Assembly (NCBI GenBank): GCA_002794465.1
Contig: MTSL01000097.1
Location: 19,931 to 51,930, forward strand
Origin: Paramicrosporidium saccamoebae KSL3
Lineage: Eukaryota; Fungi; Cryptomycota
Direction: 5' to 3'
Length of the DNA stretch: 32,000 nucleotides
Part shown: piece after piece, positions 19,608-29,154 of the stretch
How positions within the stretch are numbered: the first letter of the stretch is position 1
How the letters are laid out: each line of letters starts with the position of its first letter
The notes under the pieces: generated by a model
What the model saw: the letters and a program-made list of their open reading frames with translations, nothing else
Databases searched by the model: none
What the model was told of the DNA's origin: nothing
Made by a program: the position numbers and the translations under genes

Positions 19608-20252
19608 TTATGATTGGAGACGTCTTAGTTGGCAATTGATCTTTTCACGGCAGAATCCAATGACCGCTGGGGTGCTTTCTAGGCACAGTCTAGTCTCCTC
19701 GATGAGGGTGCCAAAGTCAAAGGTTTCATCCTGCAAAGCCTTCTCTATCTCATCCCGTTTCGACTTGAGGTCACCGTACATCCTTTTTAGAGCTGCCACT
19801 ACCTTTAAACCAACCTCCTCGCGCTTCTTCCTGAACCATCTCCGCACAAGGCTAAGCAGCTCTCGACGATCATGGCCAGGAAAGATGTCTTCGAGCGACC
19901 GAATTAGACCCGCCAGCTGAGTGATGGTAGGTTCAGGATGCTTCTCGAAGAGAGTGATGCAGTGACGATCGAGTTGTCCTTTTCTAATCTCAGCGGGACG
20001 GACCGGCGTCTGCTGCACCACACAAATGACCTGCCGTAGCACTTCCTCTATAGCGACAATACGTTGCATTACTGTTTCCAGATTTGCCAGCGTGGCTGGA
20101 GTGTCAGAGTTCAATCTTGGGGAGGAGCTATCGGAAGTAGATGTTGGGTCTTCGTGAATGAATTGGACTTTTGAAATGTCTTCGGGGATACCAAACAGGT
20201 CATCTAGGTCGGTACCCATGGATCCAAGGAACGGATCATTAATCGGGCACAT
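19608..20252 (-). CDS. Hypothetical protein with a divergent homeodomain-like region
   Basis: 214-aa ATG-initiated ORF. LFEKHPEPTITQLAGL...LVRRWFRKKRE follows the homeodomain helix1-loop-helix2 and WF..R helix-3 pattern, preceded by a short coiled-coil-like segment. Confidence 0.6.
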   Translation of the reverse strand: MCPINDPFLGSMGTDLDDLFGIPEDISKVQFIHEDPTSTSDSSSPRLNSDTPATLANLETVMQRIVAIEEVLRQVICVVQQTPVRPAEIRKGQLDRHCITLFEKHPEPTITQLAGLIRSLEDIFPGHDRRELLSLVRRWFRKKREEVGLKVVAALKRMYGDLKSKRDEIEKALQDETFDFGTLIEETRLCLESTPAVIGFCREKINCQLRRLQS

Positions 20253-20791
20253 CGTACTTGACTTGGAATGTGCACTGTTTTAGGTGCCGCAAGTCTTTTT
20301 ATAGAATTAACAAAGTTTCTAAACTTGGGTACATGTTGAATCATGGCCCACGTCCATTGGTCCAGCAACAGCCCCAAATAGGCTATTCGATACAAAAATT
20401 TCTAAAAATAATCAGAATGTGGCATTTAGGGCTTCTAAAAATACATCAATACCCATGAGAGAATATAGATGTGTAACAGGGGTGAAGAAGCGGTTGATGA
20501 CCAAAAAAGATATTTTTATTGTAACATGTGGTAGATCTAGTGTGACGTAGAGGCAGAGGATCGATTAGTCGGGTTTTTAAAGATATGAGGATGTACTTTT
20601 GTGACAGAGTGTCGATTAGCTGGGTATTTAAGGACAGCGAGATGTGCACCCATACTATTATAGGATTAGCAGTAAACAAACCCCCCTACCGCCTCTTCCG
20701 CTTGACAAAGTCTGTGGTATCATCCCCGCTACGCGACAACTGGATACTGTCTAACAGAATCCTTATCACAAACTTTCCAATTTTTGATGTA

Positions 20792-21851
20792 TTAAAAATA
20801 AACCATACAGTTTTGAACATCGGAATCACAGTCAACGAACAAGGCAGCTGCCACCATCCGCAGAGATTTGTTCTCAACAGTCATTTCGTTCGCTGATCGA
20901 AGCAATCTGGACACTCTTGGGATAATCAACAGCAACGGCTGTGGCGTCTCACTTGGAGTGGAGAACACCCTTCCCAACATTACACTTAGCGAATCGCTCA
21001 CTTGTTCACTGAGCAAGGCTTTCAAGTGTTCGCTCTTTAATCTGCGGCGTGACTCTGTGACCATGGCGATGAACAATCTTCTTCTAGTGGGTGCTAGATC
21101 AGCACTTATAAGCTCGTCCAGTTTGTCAAATATACAATCATCAAGGATGCTCTTACCACAGGACGTCTCAATTTCATGTCGGACCTGGCTGATGAGAGAG
21201 TCCAAAAGCACGCGGGAAGTTGGTTCTTGTAGAGAAACTTTTCCAAATACGGCCCGAACGGCATTTCGGATGCTCTCTGCGAGGAGCACAGTTCCGTGCT
21301 GAACGAACCGAGGCGCAAGACAGATAAATATCCGGTTTGCCGCCGACAGGTCATCGGCAGAGGAGGCTGAATGGTCTTTGAGAAGACTGCGCAAGTACAA
21401 TGTCTTGCCAACAATCGCCATAGCCACCGCAATAAAGTCGGTAAGTAGTGCACCACTATAGCAGTCCACCAGCATCCTGCTAATAACTGCAGCATTAATA
21501 CTGGCAGGCATGTTTACCCTCAATTTTGAGTTCTTCCCATAAGGCTAGTTTCTTACCCCGTGCCTCCGCTGCACTACCACCAACATTTTCCAGCTCTCCC
21601 ATCAACCTCTCCACCTCGAAAAACCCCTCCAGCTTGCGATGCAAGTCCTGTCTCAGCGTCTGGCGGAGTAGTAGACCCTCCTCCCAAGCACACTCGAAGT
21701 GGCGGACGATAGTATCAGATGCGGCAGTGTCGCGTGTGCGCGAGTCAAAAGAGACTGCAAGGCGGGATTTAAGGATGGCTAGGGCGCTGGCGGCAGAGAA
21801 CCAGAGGGTGGCATGCCAGCCGATTCGAGCGACAGCAGAGACGTCTGACAT
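20792..21851 (-). CDS. PEX3: Peroxisomal biogenesis factor Pex3, 2 exons
   Basis: N-terminal membrane segment, RHFE, and KKLALWEELKI-E-V-ISRMLVDCY...AIVGKTLY after splicing intron 21487-21517 (31 nt), matching the Pex3 KLxxWExLKI..SR motif. A further 3' intron near 20772-20807 cannot be excluded. Confidence 0.8.
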
Positions 21852-21987
21852 TGGCTAAAGTATCCCTGTCAACCAAATGCGGAGATAATGCGTTCGGTAT
21901 GGACCTTGTGTAAATGAGTCTCCGTGGCCAGCTGCGGCTTGACGAAAAAGAAAGGCAAGGCCAAGCAGAAAGCAGGGGAGGTAGGCG

Positions 21988-23022
21988 ATGGATGAGTACC
22001 CTCTGCGGATAAACTCTCCCTCACCCTCCTTGTCCCTGTCCTTTCGACGTGGGGCCAAGACGAAACGTTGGTATGACGTTGACTTGATCCCCACAAAAAC
22101 TTTTGCCCCCATAGAAGATTCTGGTCATCCTGTGTGCATTGCGTTAGACAATACCACTTCCGAATACCTTGTCTCGGCCTGTCAATCAAATGTCTCAATA
22201 TTCAAAGTTGATAGGCCTCCAGACGATGGCTCAGTCCCTCCAGTCTTGTTCACCGAGTTTACTAGCCCACCGAATGACTCTGTTGTCGATGTAAGTTGGT
22301 TCCCCTACGATAATGGCTTAATAATCTCCAGCAGTCATACCGGAAAAGTGCGTCTTTGGGAGAGCGCCTTTTTACGGACAATTGATACCATCGATCTGAA
22401 GGAGAACGTTTACTGTCACACCATGTCCAAGAGACTCTCGACTCGGCATTCCAGTCTCGCTGTTGCACGGGAACACGGTGTCTCGTTGTTAGATGTTTTC
22501 ACCGGGACAGCAATGCAGACGCTGTCAACTGGACGAATTAGACCAAGGTCATTACTGTGGGACGAATACAATGAATTTTGCCTGTTTGGCGGGCTAGAGG
22601 ATGGCTCTATTCTGCAGTGGGATATTAGACGGCCAACAGCACAAGTAGTTATACCTCCAGGACGGGGAAAGTGCGCAGTGAATCAGCTGAATTTGATGGG
22701 TGCTGATGTTCTTGTGTACACGACAGAAGATGGATTCCTAAATTCGGCGAGATCTCGTAACGGCGAACTTGTTTGGAGATCTGAGCTGGAGTTTGAGTGT
22801 TGTGCAGGATTTAAAGCTGCAATTATTGATGATACATCCTTCCCGATGATCGTCTTGCCGTTTGCAGAAAATGTGATTGCCTTTAACCTAGACGATGGTA
22901 CTCAAGCATGGACGAAGCCTTGTCTGGGGTTTGAAGCAGATTCAATCGTGTACAATCCCAATCGTTCCGAGTTGTATGTTCTGCAAGGCTCGACATCTGT
23001 AGTTCATGGATTTTGTATATAG
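21988..23022 (+). CDS. ERCC8: WD40 DNA excision-repair protein, CSA/ERCC8 (Rad28)-like
   Basis: SFRRGAKTKRW, VVDVSWFPYDNGLIISSS, VYCHTMS...STRHSSLAV and GSILQWDIRR parallel CSA (WYPHDTGMFTSSS, VYSHHMSP...KHCLVAV). Confidence 0.75.
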   Translation: MDEYPLRINSPSPSLSLSFRRGAKTKRWYDVDLIPTKTFAPIEDSGHPVCIALDNTTSEYLVSACQSNVSIFKVDRPPDDGSVPPVLFTEFTSPPNDSVVDVSWFPYDNGLIISSSHTGKVRLWESAFLRTIDTIDLKENVYCHTMSKRLSTRHSSLAVAREHGVSLLDVFTGTAMQTLSTGRIRPRSLLWDEYNEFCLFGGLEDGSILQWDIRRPTAQVVIPPGRGKCAVNQLNLMGADVLVYTTEDGFLNSARSRNGELVWRSELEFECCAGFKAAIIDDTSFPMIVLPFAENVIAFNLDDGTQAWTKPCLGFEADSIVYNPNRSELYVLQGSTSVVHGFCI

Positions 23023-23264
23023 AATGCGAGTTGTCCACCATTACCGATTGTAGGGGATTAGTTATAATCACTTTCTCCCACACTCAAGTATGAACGAAGT
23101 CCTGTCTGGAATTTGAGGCAGTTTAGATGATGTGCAATCCCAATCGGTTCGAGTTGTATGTTCTGCAAGGCTCGACATTCGTATTTCATGGATTTTGTAT
23201 ATATAATGCGAGTTGCCCGCTATTATCGATTGTAAAGGGATTAGTTATCCTCTCTTGCTCCCAC
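22900..23264 (+). repeat. Tandem direct duplication, 2 x about 182 bp, of the CSA 3' coding end plus 3' UTR
   Basis: 22900-23081 vs 23082-23264, roughly 80-85% identical by eye. Copy 2 has in-frame stops in the CSA frame. Confidence 0.92.
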
Positions 23265-23310
23265 CCGCTCATATTCACTTTTACACCCACACTAACTCAT
23301 CTATTACTAG

Positions 23311-24000
23311 TTACTGTACAGAACAACAAGTCTTGTCTGCCCCAGCATCAGGCTGTGCAGCAGCAACTACCATTCTTGAATTGCACAAGTCAAGGGTGGC
23401 ACTTCCAGGCATCTCCTCACTCGACAGCTTCCCAGCAAAACATTGGTAGCCAAGACGGTCAAACACTTGCGTCACATTCCAATTGTCCTTGGCACTCGTC
23501 TCATAGAAGGAGCCGGAAAGCTGTCTGGCGTATTGTTGTCCCTCCTCTTCGGACACTTGTCGTTCTGCATTCAGATCTTGCTTGGTGCCAATGACGACAA
23601 TGACGCAGTCCCGATCTGCGTCAGACAGGAAACGAGTGTACGTATCTAGGGAGTTGAAAGATTCCCGGTCTGTAATGTCATAGGCAAGGATAGCAGCTTG
23701 CGCGCCGCGACAGTAGTAACTGGAAATTTTGGTGAAGCGCTCCTGCCCAGCAGTGTCCCAAATGCCAAAATAAAAGGTCTTCCATTTTTTCAAAACAAAT
23801 GATGCACCAATGGTGCTGACAGTTTCAGCAAAGTCGTTGTGGATATAGCGGTTGATGAAAGATGTCTTGCCTACCCCGCCATGTCCCATAATCACAATCT
23901 TCAAATCTACAGTGCGAGTTGTGCACTTCATCTACTCCTTACCAATCCTAGTTTTGGGAGAGATGGACGAGGAGCGACGACTGGCGTCCTTGCCCTCCAT
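23311..24000 (-). CDS. RAB20: Rab GTPase, Rab20-like, 2 exons
   Basis: GHGGVGKT, TVSTIGASFVLKKW, IWDTAGQE, YCRGA, GTKQD, ETSAK, C-terminal CCSVQ. Intron 23907-23942 (36 nt) links an upstream exon (ATG 24000 or 24018). The short switch-I to G3 spacing and LKxW..YCRGA signature match human RAB20. Confidence 0.8.
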
Positions 24001-24396
24001 ATTCTCCAGGGCAATCATCGCGCACTACTGTGCCGCGGCAAAAATCACTTACAAATAAATCAATTATTTTTGTTAAAATTGCATTACGGGGAAAGATAAA
24101 GAGCATTGTGGGAGGGTACGTTTACGGACTAGAGATTAAGCGTTTGATACTGGATATTAAGAGGTGTATTTGCAGATCAAAGGCTTTTTAGCGCAAGCAT
24201 AATTTCGCAGATATCTGGAACAGATGCCCTTTTAGTGTAGTTTCGTCGACACCACGGATCAAAGACTCTTTTTATTGCCAGTACAACACTCAAAGACATT
24301 ACGGACCAAATGCCCTTTTTAGTATAACCAACCTCCGCCTTTCCCAGATCAACGGGCCGGGGATAACGGGTCGTTCCTACAAACCCGAATCTTACA

Positions 24397-25563
24397 ATGT
24401 TTAGACTATTCCGCCGATGGACAAGTTCATACAAGACGGACGGCAATTTTGTGGATATTGTGCGTATTAGGGTGCGCGGAGGTAATGGAGGCAATGGGGC
24501 GCCCAGCTTTGAACATGACAGCTGGAGCCCACGGGGGAGACCTTCAGGGGGAGATGGCGGCTTGGGAGGAAATGTAGTATTTCTGGGGGATACATCGATA
24601 GGATCACTGAATCACATTGGAAAATTGGTGAGGGGACAGAGAGGTGGGAACGGGGGACGAAATATGAGGAATGGCAAGGTGGGACAGGACGTGGTGGTCA
24701 GAGTCCCAATTGGCACAGAAATTAAAGAGATATTTGAGGAGGAAGAGGCGGAATTTGTAATGGTTGAAGACTATAATGAGGAGGATATTGTTGGGTTTGA
24801 CTTTGAAGGCGAAGGTGAAGAGGTGGGTTCTCCACAAGAAACCGTCGAAACTGCATCCCAGCGAATATTGGCAGACATTTCCATCTCCAGCGCAGCAGAT
24901 CCTCCCGCTATAGTTGCTCGTGGCGGCCGAGGTGGTCGTGGTAATTTTTCCCTCGGTAGCAACAATCATCACTACGAAAAAGGTCTTCCGGGAGAAGATC
25001 GCATCCTAGAGATCAATCTAAAGACCATTGCCGATGTCGGTCTGGTTGGACTCCCCAATGCGGGCAAGTCGTCGTTTCTAACAGCAGTGTCGAATGCGCA
25101 TCCAAGAGTGGCCCCTTTTCCCTTTACCACGATGAATCCGTATGTTGGAGTTATCGAGTTTCAGGACCAAAGCAGGGTGACCGTTGCTGACATTCCGGGC
25201 CTAATTGAGGGTGCCCACCTCAACAAGGGACTCGGCCACCAGTTTTTAAAGCATATTGTAAAATCTCGCATATTGGCCATGGTGGTTGATTTCTCTAACC
25301 CCGAGCCTTGGAGGGATATTAAGGTGCTTTGGAGAGAACTTGATTTGTTTCAGGAAGGACTGGCCAACAAGTGTAAACTAGTGATTGCCAACAAAGCTGA
25401 TTTGCTCGATGGCCCCACATTAATAGCCCGAATCAACGATACAACCGCCAATCTATACACACTGTATAATATTCCCGCCATAGAGATTTTGCCAGTGTCT
25501 GCGCTGCACGGCTTAGCAGTGACCAAAGTCACGGCCAGACTCGGACAATTAATAAACTCATAG
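24397..25563 (+). CDS. MTG2: Mitochondrial Obg-family GTPase (Mtg2/GTPBP5)
   Basis: Presequence-like MFRLFRRW, Gly-rich Obg fold (GGNGGNG, GGDGGLGG), GLPNAGKS, FTT, DIPG, NKAD, SA. Confidence 0.93.
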   Translation: MFRLFRRWTSSYKTDGNFVDIVRIRVRGGNGGNGAPSFEHDSWSPRGRPSGGDGGLGGNVVFLGDTSIGSLNHIGKLVRGQRGGNGGRNMRNGKVGQDVVVRVPIGTEIKEIFEEEEAEFVMVEDYNEEDIVGFDFEGEGEEVGSPQETVETASQRILADISISSAADPPAIVARGGRGGRGNFSLGSNNHHYEKGLPGEDRILEINLKTIADVGLVGLPNAGKSSFLTAVSNAHPRVAPFPFTTMNPYVGVIEFQDQSRVTVADIPGLIEGAHLNKGLGHQFLKHIVKSRILAMVVDFSNPEPWRDIKVLWRELDLFQEGLANKCKLVIANKADLLDGPTLIARINDTTANLYTLYNIPAIEILPVSALHGLAVTKVTARLGQLINS

Positions 25564-25595
25564 ATCGGTAACGTGGCCAATCAGGAATCAGGACA

Positions 25596-26606
25596 ATGCT
25601 TCGGGGGTGTTTCCGTGGTCTTCTGAGGAGACAGAGCGTTCATGTCTTTACGCCGCACCAAAGCACTCGTGTCTTTTCATCACACTACCGACACCGACCC
25701 CTCCGTGACCTGTATGAAGAGGATCCTGAGGGAGAGGAGCATGGGAAGGAAGAAGACTATGAGTATAGACGTACCTGGCGAGACTGGTGTTACGACCACC
25801 GGACCACCCTCATCCGACTGGGCATAGTAACCACTGGTGTAGGCGGTTACTACTGGTACCACTTGGAAGCAGCACCCATCACAGGCCGTCGACGGTTTAT
25901 CAATATGTCACCAAGCCAAGAACAGCAGCTCGGAGAGCTGGGACTCCACGAGATGCTGGCTCAGTACCGCGGAGCAGTATTGCCTTCCTCACATTCTGCA
26001 GCTAAACTGGTGGAAAAGGTGGCCCGAAGACTGATAGCGTCACTTGACCAAGACAATGAAACCAAATGGCGGGTTTTTGTGGTCGATTCTCCCACTGCAA
26101 ATGCATTTGTCTTGCCCTCTGGAGATATTTTTGTTTTTACCGGCTTGTTACCCATTGCCAAGACAGAGGGCGGTCTAGCTGCCATTCTTGCCCACGAGAT
26201 TGCCCACAAACTGGCCAGACATAGCGCGGAGAAGATGTCCGTCTACCAATTTTTCAATCTTGCCACCTCTCTTGTGCAAGTTATCCTCATGGGCGACTTT
26301 GGTTCCCCGTTGGCAGGCATCTTGAAAGAATTGTTCTTGTTTTTGCCATTTTCAAGGAAATGCGAAGAGGAGGCTGATCATATTGGACTGCTAGTAATGG
26401 CCAAGGCGTGCTATGATCCTCACGAAGCGATCGGTGTGTGGGAACGGATGCAGAATATGGGCGGAGTTCAACCCCCCGCGTTTCTCTCCACCCATCCCTC
26501 ACATTCAATGAGGATTTCCAAGATTAAGGAATGGCTGCCCAAGGCTCAGGAGGAATACGAGTCAGCTGGCTGCACTCAATCCAGCATCTTTTCCATGTAT
26601 AAGTAA
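25596..26606 (+). CDS. OMA1: Mitochondrial M48 metalloprotease Oma1
   Basis: APITGRRRF, NAFVLPSGDIFVFTGLL, AHEIAH, LPFSRKCEEEADHIGL, FLSTHP. Confidence 0.95.
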   Translation: MLRGCFRGLLRRQSVHVFTPHQSTRVFSSHYRHRPLRDLYEEDPEGEEHGKEEDYEYRRTWRDWCYDHRTTLIRLGIVTTGVGGYYWYHLEAAPITGRRRFINMSPSQEQQLGELGLHEMLAQYRGAVLPSSHSAAKLVEKVARRLIASLDQDNETKWRVFVVDSPTANAFVLPSGDIFVFTGLLPIAKTEGGLAAILAHEIAHKLARHSAEKMSVYQFFNLATSLVQVILMGDFGSPLAGILKELFLFLPFSRKCEEEADHIGLLVMAKACYDPHEAIGVWERMQNMGGVQPPAFLSTHPSHSMRISKIKEWLPKAQEEYESAGCTQSSIFSMYK

Positions 26607-26716
26607 TCGCTGTTCAAAGTTATAAGAGTCGATATTTAACGACATGTGGCATGTAGTGACGTGTAACGGCAATGCATCATGGTCGCCATTTGAATCTTGA
26701 AAGAGCTGACCGTTTA

Positions 26717-27878
26717 TTAAAATGTTATTCGCTGCGCCATGGAGGCAGTCGACTCTGCTGGACAATATGGACATTTTATACGGTAATTCTGATTCCCTTT
26801 GGATAGCCGATTCAAGGCCTCCAGACAAATCACATGACCACAGGGCATCATCATGGGCGGATTGATAGCGTTGGATTGTTGTCGGAGGACGGGACACACA
26901 AACACTGAATGGAACCGGCCAGCTGGTCCAGTATCCACTTCCACCGGCAGCTCTTCTTCAGGGTTCCAATCCACGCCGGGTCGATCCTTCATGATGCCCA
27001 ACACCTTGCTGATCCGTGGCCACACACTGGTTCCAATGTTCAAACAGAGTCGGAGTGAACTTTCGCGAGGCAATCCCAATACGGTACAGTAAGCTGCAAT
27101 TAGTGCATCTTCGGCCTCTCCCCACATGTCGTCGTAGAGGATCCCGCGGTAGGGAGACTCTTCCAGGCTATTTCCAAATGCCAGTGCCCCCATCAGTGAC
27201 TCTACGTCAGCCGGAAAGGTTTCATTGAACGGTGCAAGCCAGTGTTTTGCGTATTTTAGCGCTGCCATAGCACCAGTCTCCCTTAATAGGGTTATAAACT
27301 GCAATGTATGAAGCTGGAATTGTAGTCTTAGTCCACTCAACTCTAATACTTTTTCATTCCGATGTGCCCATTCCACAACAGGTGCGATTTGGTGGTCGGA
27401 GAGGGCACGGGTGAGGTTATGCATTCCCTCAAAGGGCTCCTTCAGTTTGCTGTCTGTCATGCTGTGCATTTCTTGAGACAAACTGTCGCCTGCCTCAAAG
27501 TTTCCCTCACGATAAAAGTGTTGTAGGAGACACTGGTTCATTGCTTCGTCCTGGGCCGTCTCGTCAACGGGACCTCGCACCAAGTCAACAAAGTCTCCCT
27601 TCACCTTCTATACCATAAGACTGGACCATCTGTGGGTACTTTTTCAAAATTCTTGCTAAATTTGCTAATCTGAGCGTGCAATTGTTTCCAATCTTGGCCT
27701 TGCTTAGCCAACGACGCTGCAATCTGCGGGGGAATCTCTACAACTTAGACCACATCTGCCTCGTACCACCAGGCCTCTCCAGCACTTTACACAATGACTC
27801 TAGTAGGGCTATAGTCTCGTCCTCCTGTCTTGTCCATGAAGAATCTACCTCGGACAAATCCCGCAACAAGTCATCCAT
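26717..27878 (-). CDS. RMD5: GID/CTLH complex RING E3 subunit Rmd5/Gid2 (RMND5), 3 exons
   Basis: LisH (LLQHFYREGNFEAG), CTLH, CRA and RING (FHSVFVCPV...CGHVI...CPYCP). Introns 27738-27766 (29 nt) and 27608-27639 (32 nt) give an in-frame N-terminus from ATG 27878. Confidence 0.92.
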
Positions 27879-28033
27879 CTCCGACGATAAACTAAAGATA
27901 AATTCATAATTACAAGAGAGTATATCTTATAATCGGAGATAAATAAGCTGTCTCTAAACGATAAAGATTCATGAATCAAGGATTGGGAAAATATGCCATT
28001 ACTACAATATAAACCTCTATAGAGTAAGTCGGC

Positions 28034-28073
28034 TATCTGAGTATCTGAGTATCTGAGTATCCGAGTATTTGAG
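28034..28073. repeat. 8-bp tandem repeat (TATCTGAG) x5, intergenic
   Basis: tatctgag tatctgag tatctgag tatccgag tatttgag. Confidence 0.9.
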
Positions 28074-28220
28074 AATGGTGGGATCTGCATCCTTGGGATT
28101 AGCAGTGAACGAGTTCTCTTCCCAAATGGCCTTGCCCGCCTAGATCAGTCTGTGACATCTTCTCCACTACGCGATAAATCTCATACGGCCCAATGACTGC
28201 GTCTTTATTAGAAACCTCGG

Positions 28221-29133
28221 TTAACCTTCATGTTCCTGTATAATGTCACTATCAGAACTACTATCAGCTTGCTCTCGGGGAGTAGTGGGCGTAGGACCCA
28301 CGCCTGCTGCATCTTCTTCAACCTGGCCTTCATTCTCGTCGTGATCGGGTATAATGATTTCTTCTCTGGGATTCAGCAATGTCGACAGGAAATTCGGAGT
28401 CTTCAAAGGTCTGTCTCCATACAGAATCGGATAAATATCGGCCATGTAATAGTATGCATGTCCTGCACCAATCCCAATGAGATCTGCTACGGGCAGTTGG
28501 CCGCTTAGCAGTAATGAGAAGCCAAGTAGTACCCATGGCATGAAGGGCGCGTTAAAATTGAACACACCCAAAAAGTTCATCATGATGGCCGGATTGCGAC
28601 GCGCCCACACATAAACAATCATAAAGGTGAGGGCTGTGCTGAGAAATGTAGCCTTCATCATTGGACCGATGCACTGTAGAGGATTAAATGAGCCGATGGA
28701 GTGGTACGAGCATAATAGTGGCGCCAAAGAGGAGCATCACGAGAAAATCGGCCGGCTTCTTGTGGAATGACTCTTCCTCGAGGACTCGACAATATCTCAT
28801 CCTATGCGGTCAGCATGAGACACAGTCGGTACAGGAAGAACATGTGGAATAAAAAGCCAAAGTTGAGGGGCCCAAAATATAGGAATGGGGTAATCAGCCT
28901 CCACCACTAGCGCCCATAAGGCTCAGAGGATTTTTCGTACCTGGTTCTTCAAAAAGACAAGTCTGTAGTTGAAATAAAGCTGCAGCGGCCCGACATATTC
29001 TAATTGCTACACATCAATCCCGTAGGCGCCTCCTTACGCAAAGGATGGCCGTGACGGTTATGGCTGTAAAGTATGAGCGCGTTATTAGGGGCAGTTCAAA
29101 GTACCAGGCCAATACAGAACCACCAGCATCCAT
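28221..29133 (-). CDS. DER1: Derlin (Der1/DERL2-like ERAD membrane protein), 5 exons
   Basis: [21 protein letters not shown]...[41 protein letters not shown]. Introns 29007-29037, 28907-28940, 28802-28832 and 28674-28707 (31, 34, 31, 34 nt). Confidence 0.95.
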
Positions 29134-29154
29134 GTCTGGCCACCCCGACACTCT

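Noticed and set aside
20258-20896. Short ORFs between the homeodomain-like gene and PEX3
   Set aside because: AT-rich, no motifs, mostly non-ATG starts or antisense overlaps; best explained as UTR/promoter.
23127-23594. 155-aa ORF starting with a copy of the CSA C-terminus
   Set aside because: It arises from loss of the stop in the duplicated fragment and runs antisense into the Rab gene; not a credible gene.
28034-28073. 8-bp repeat as a CRISPR array or telomeric seed
   Set aside because: No spacers, eukaryotic context, and not a G-rich telomere-type unit.
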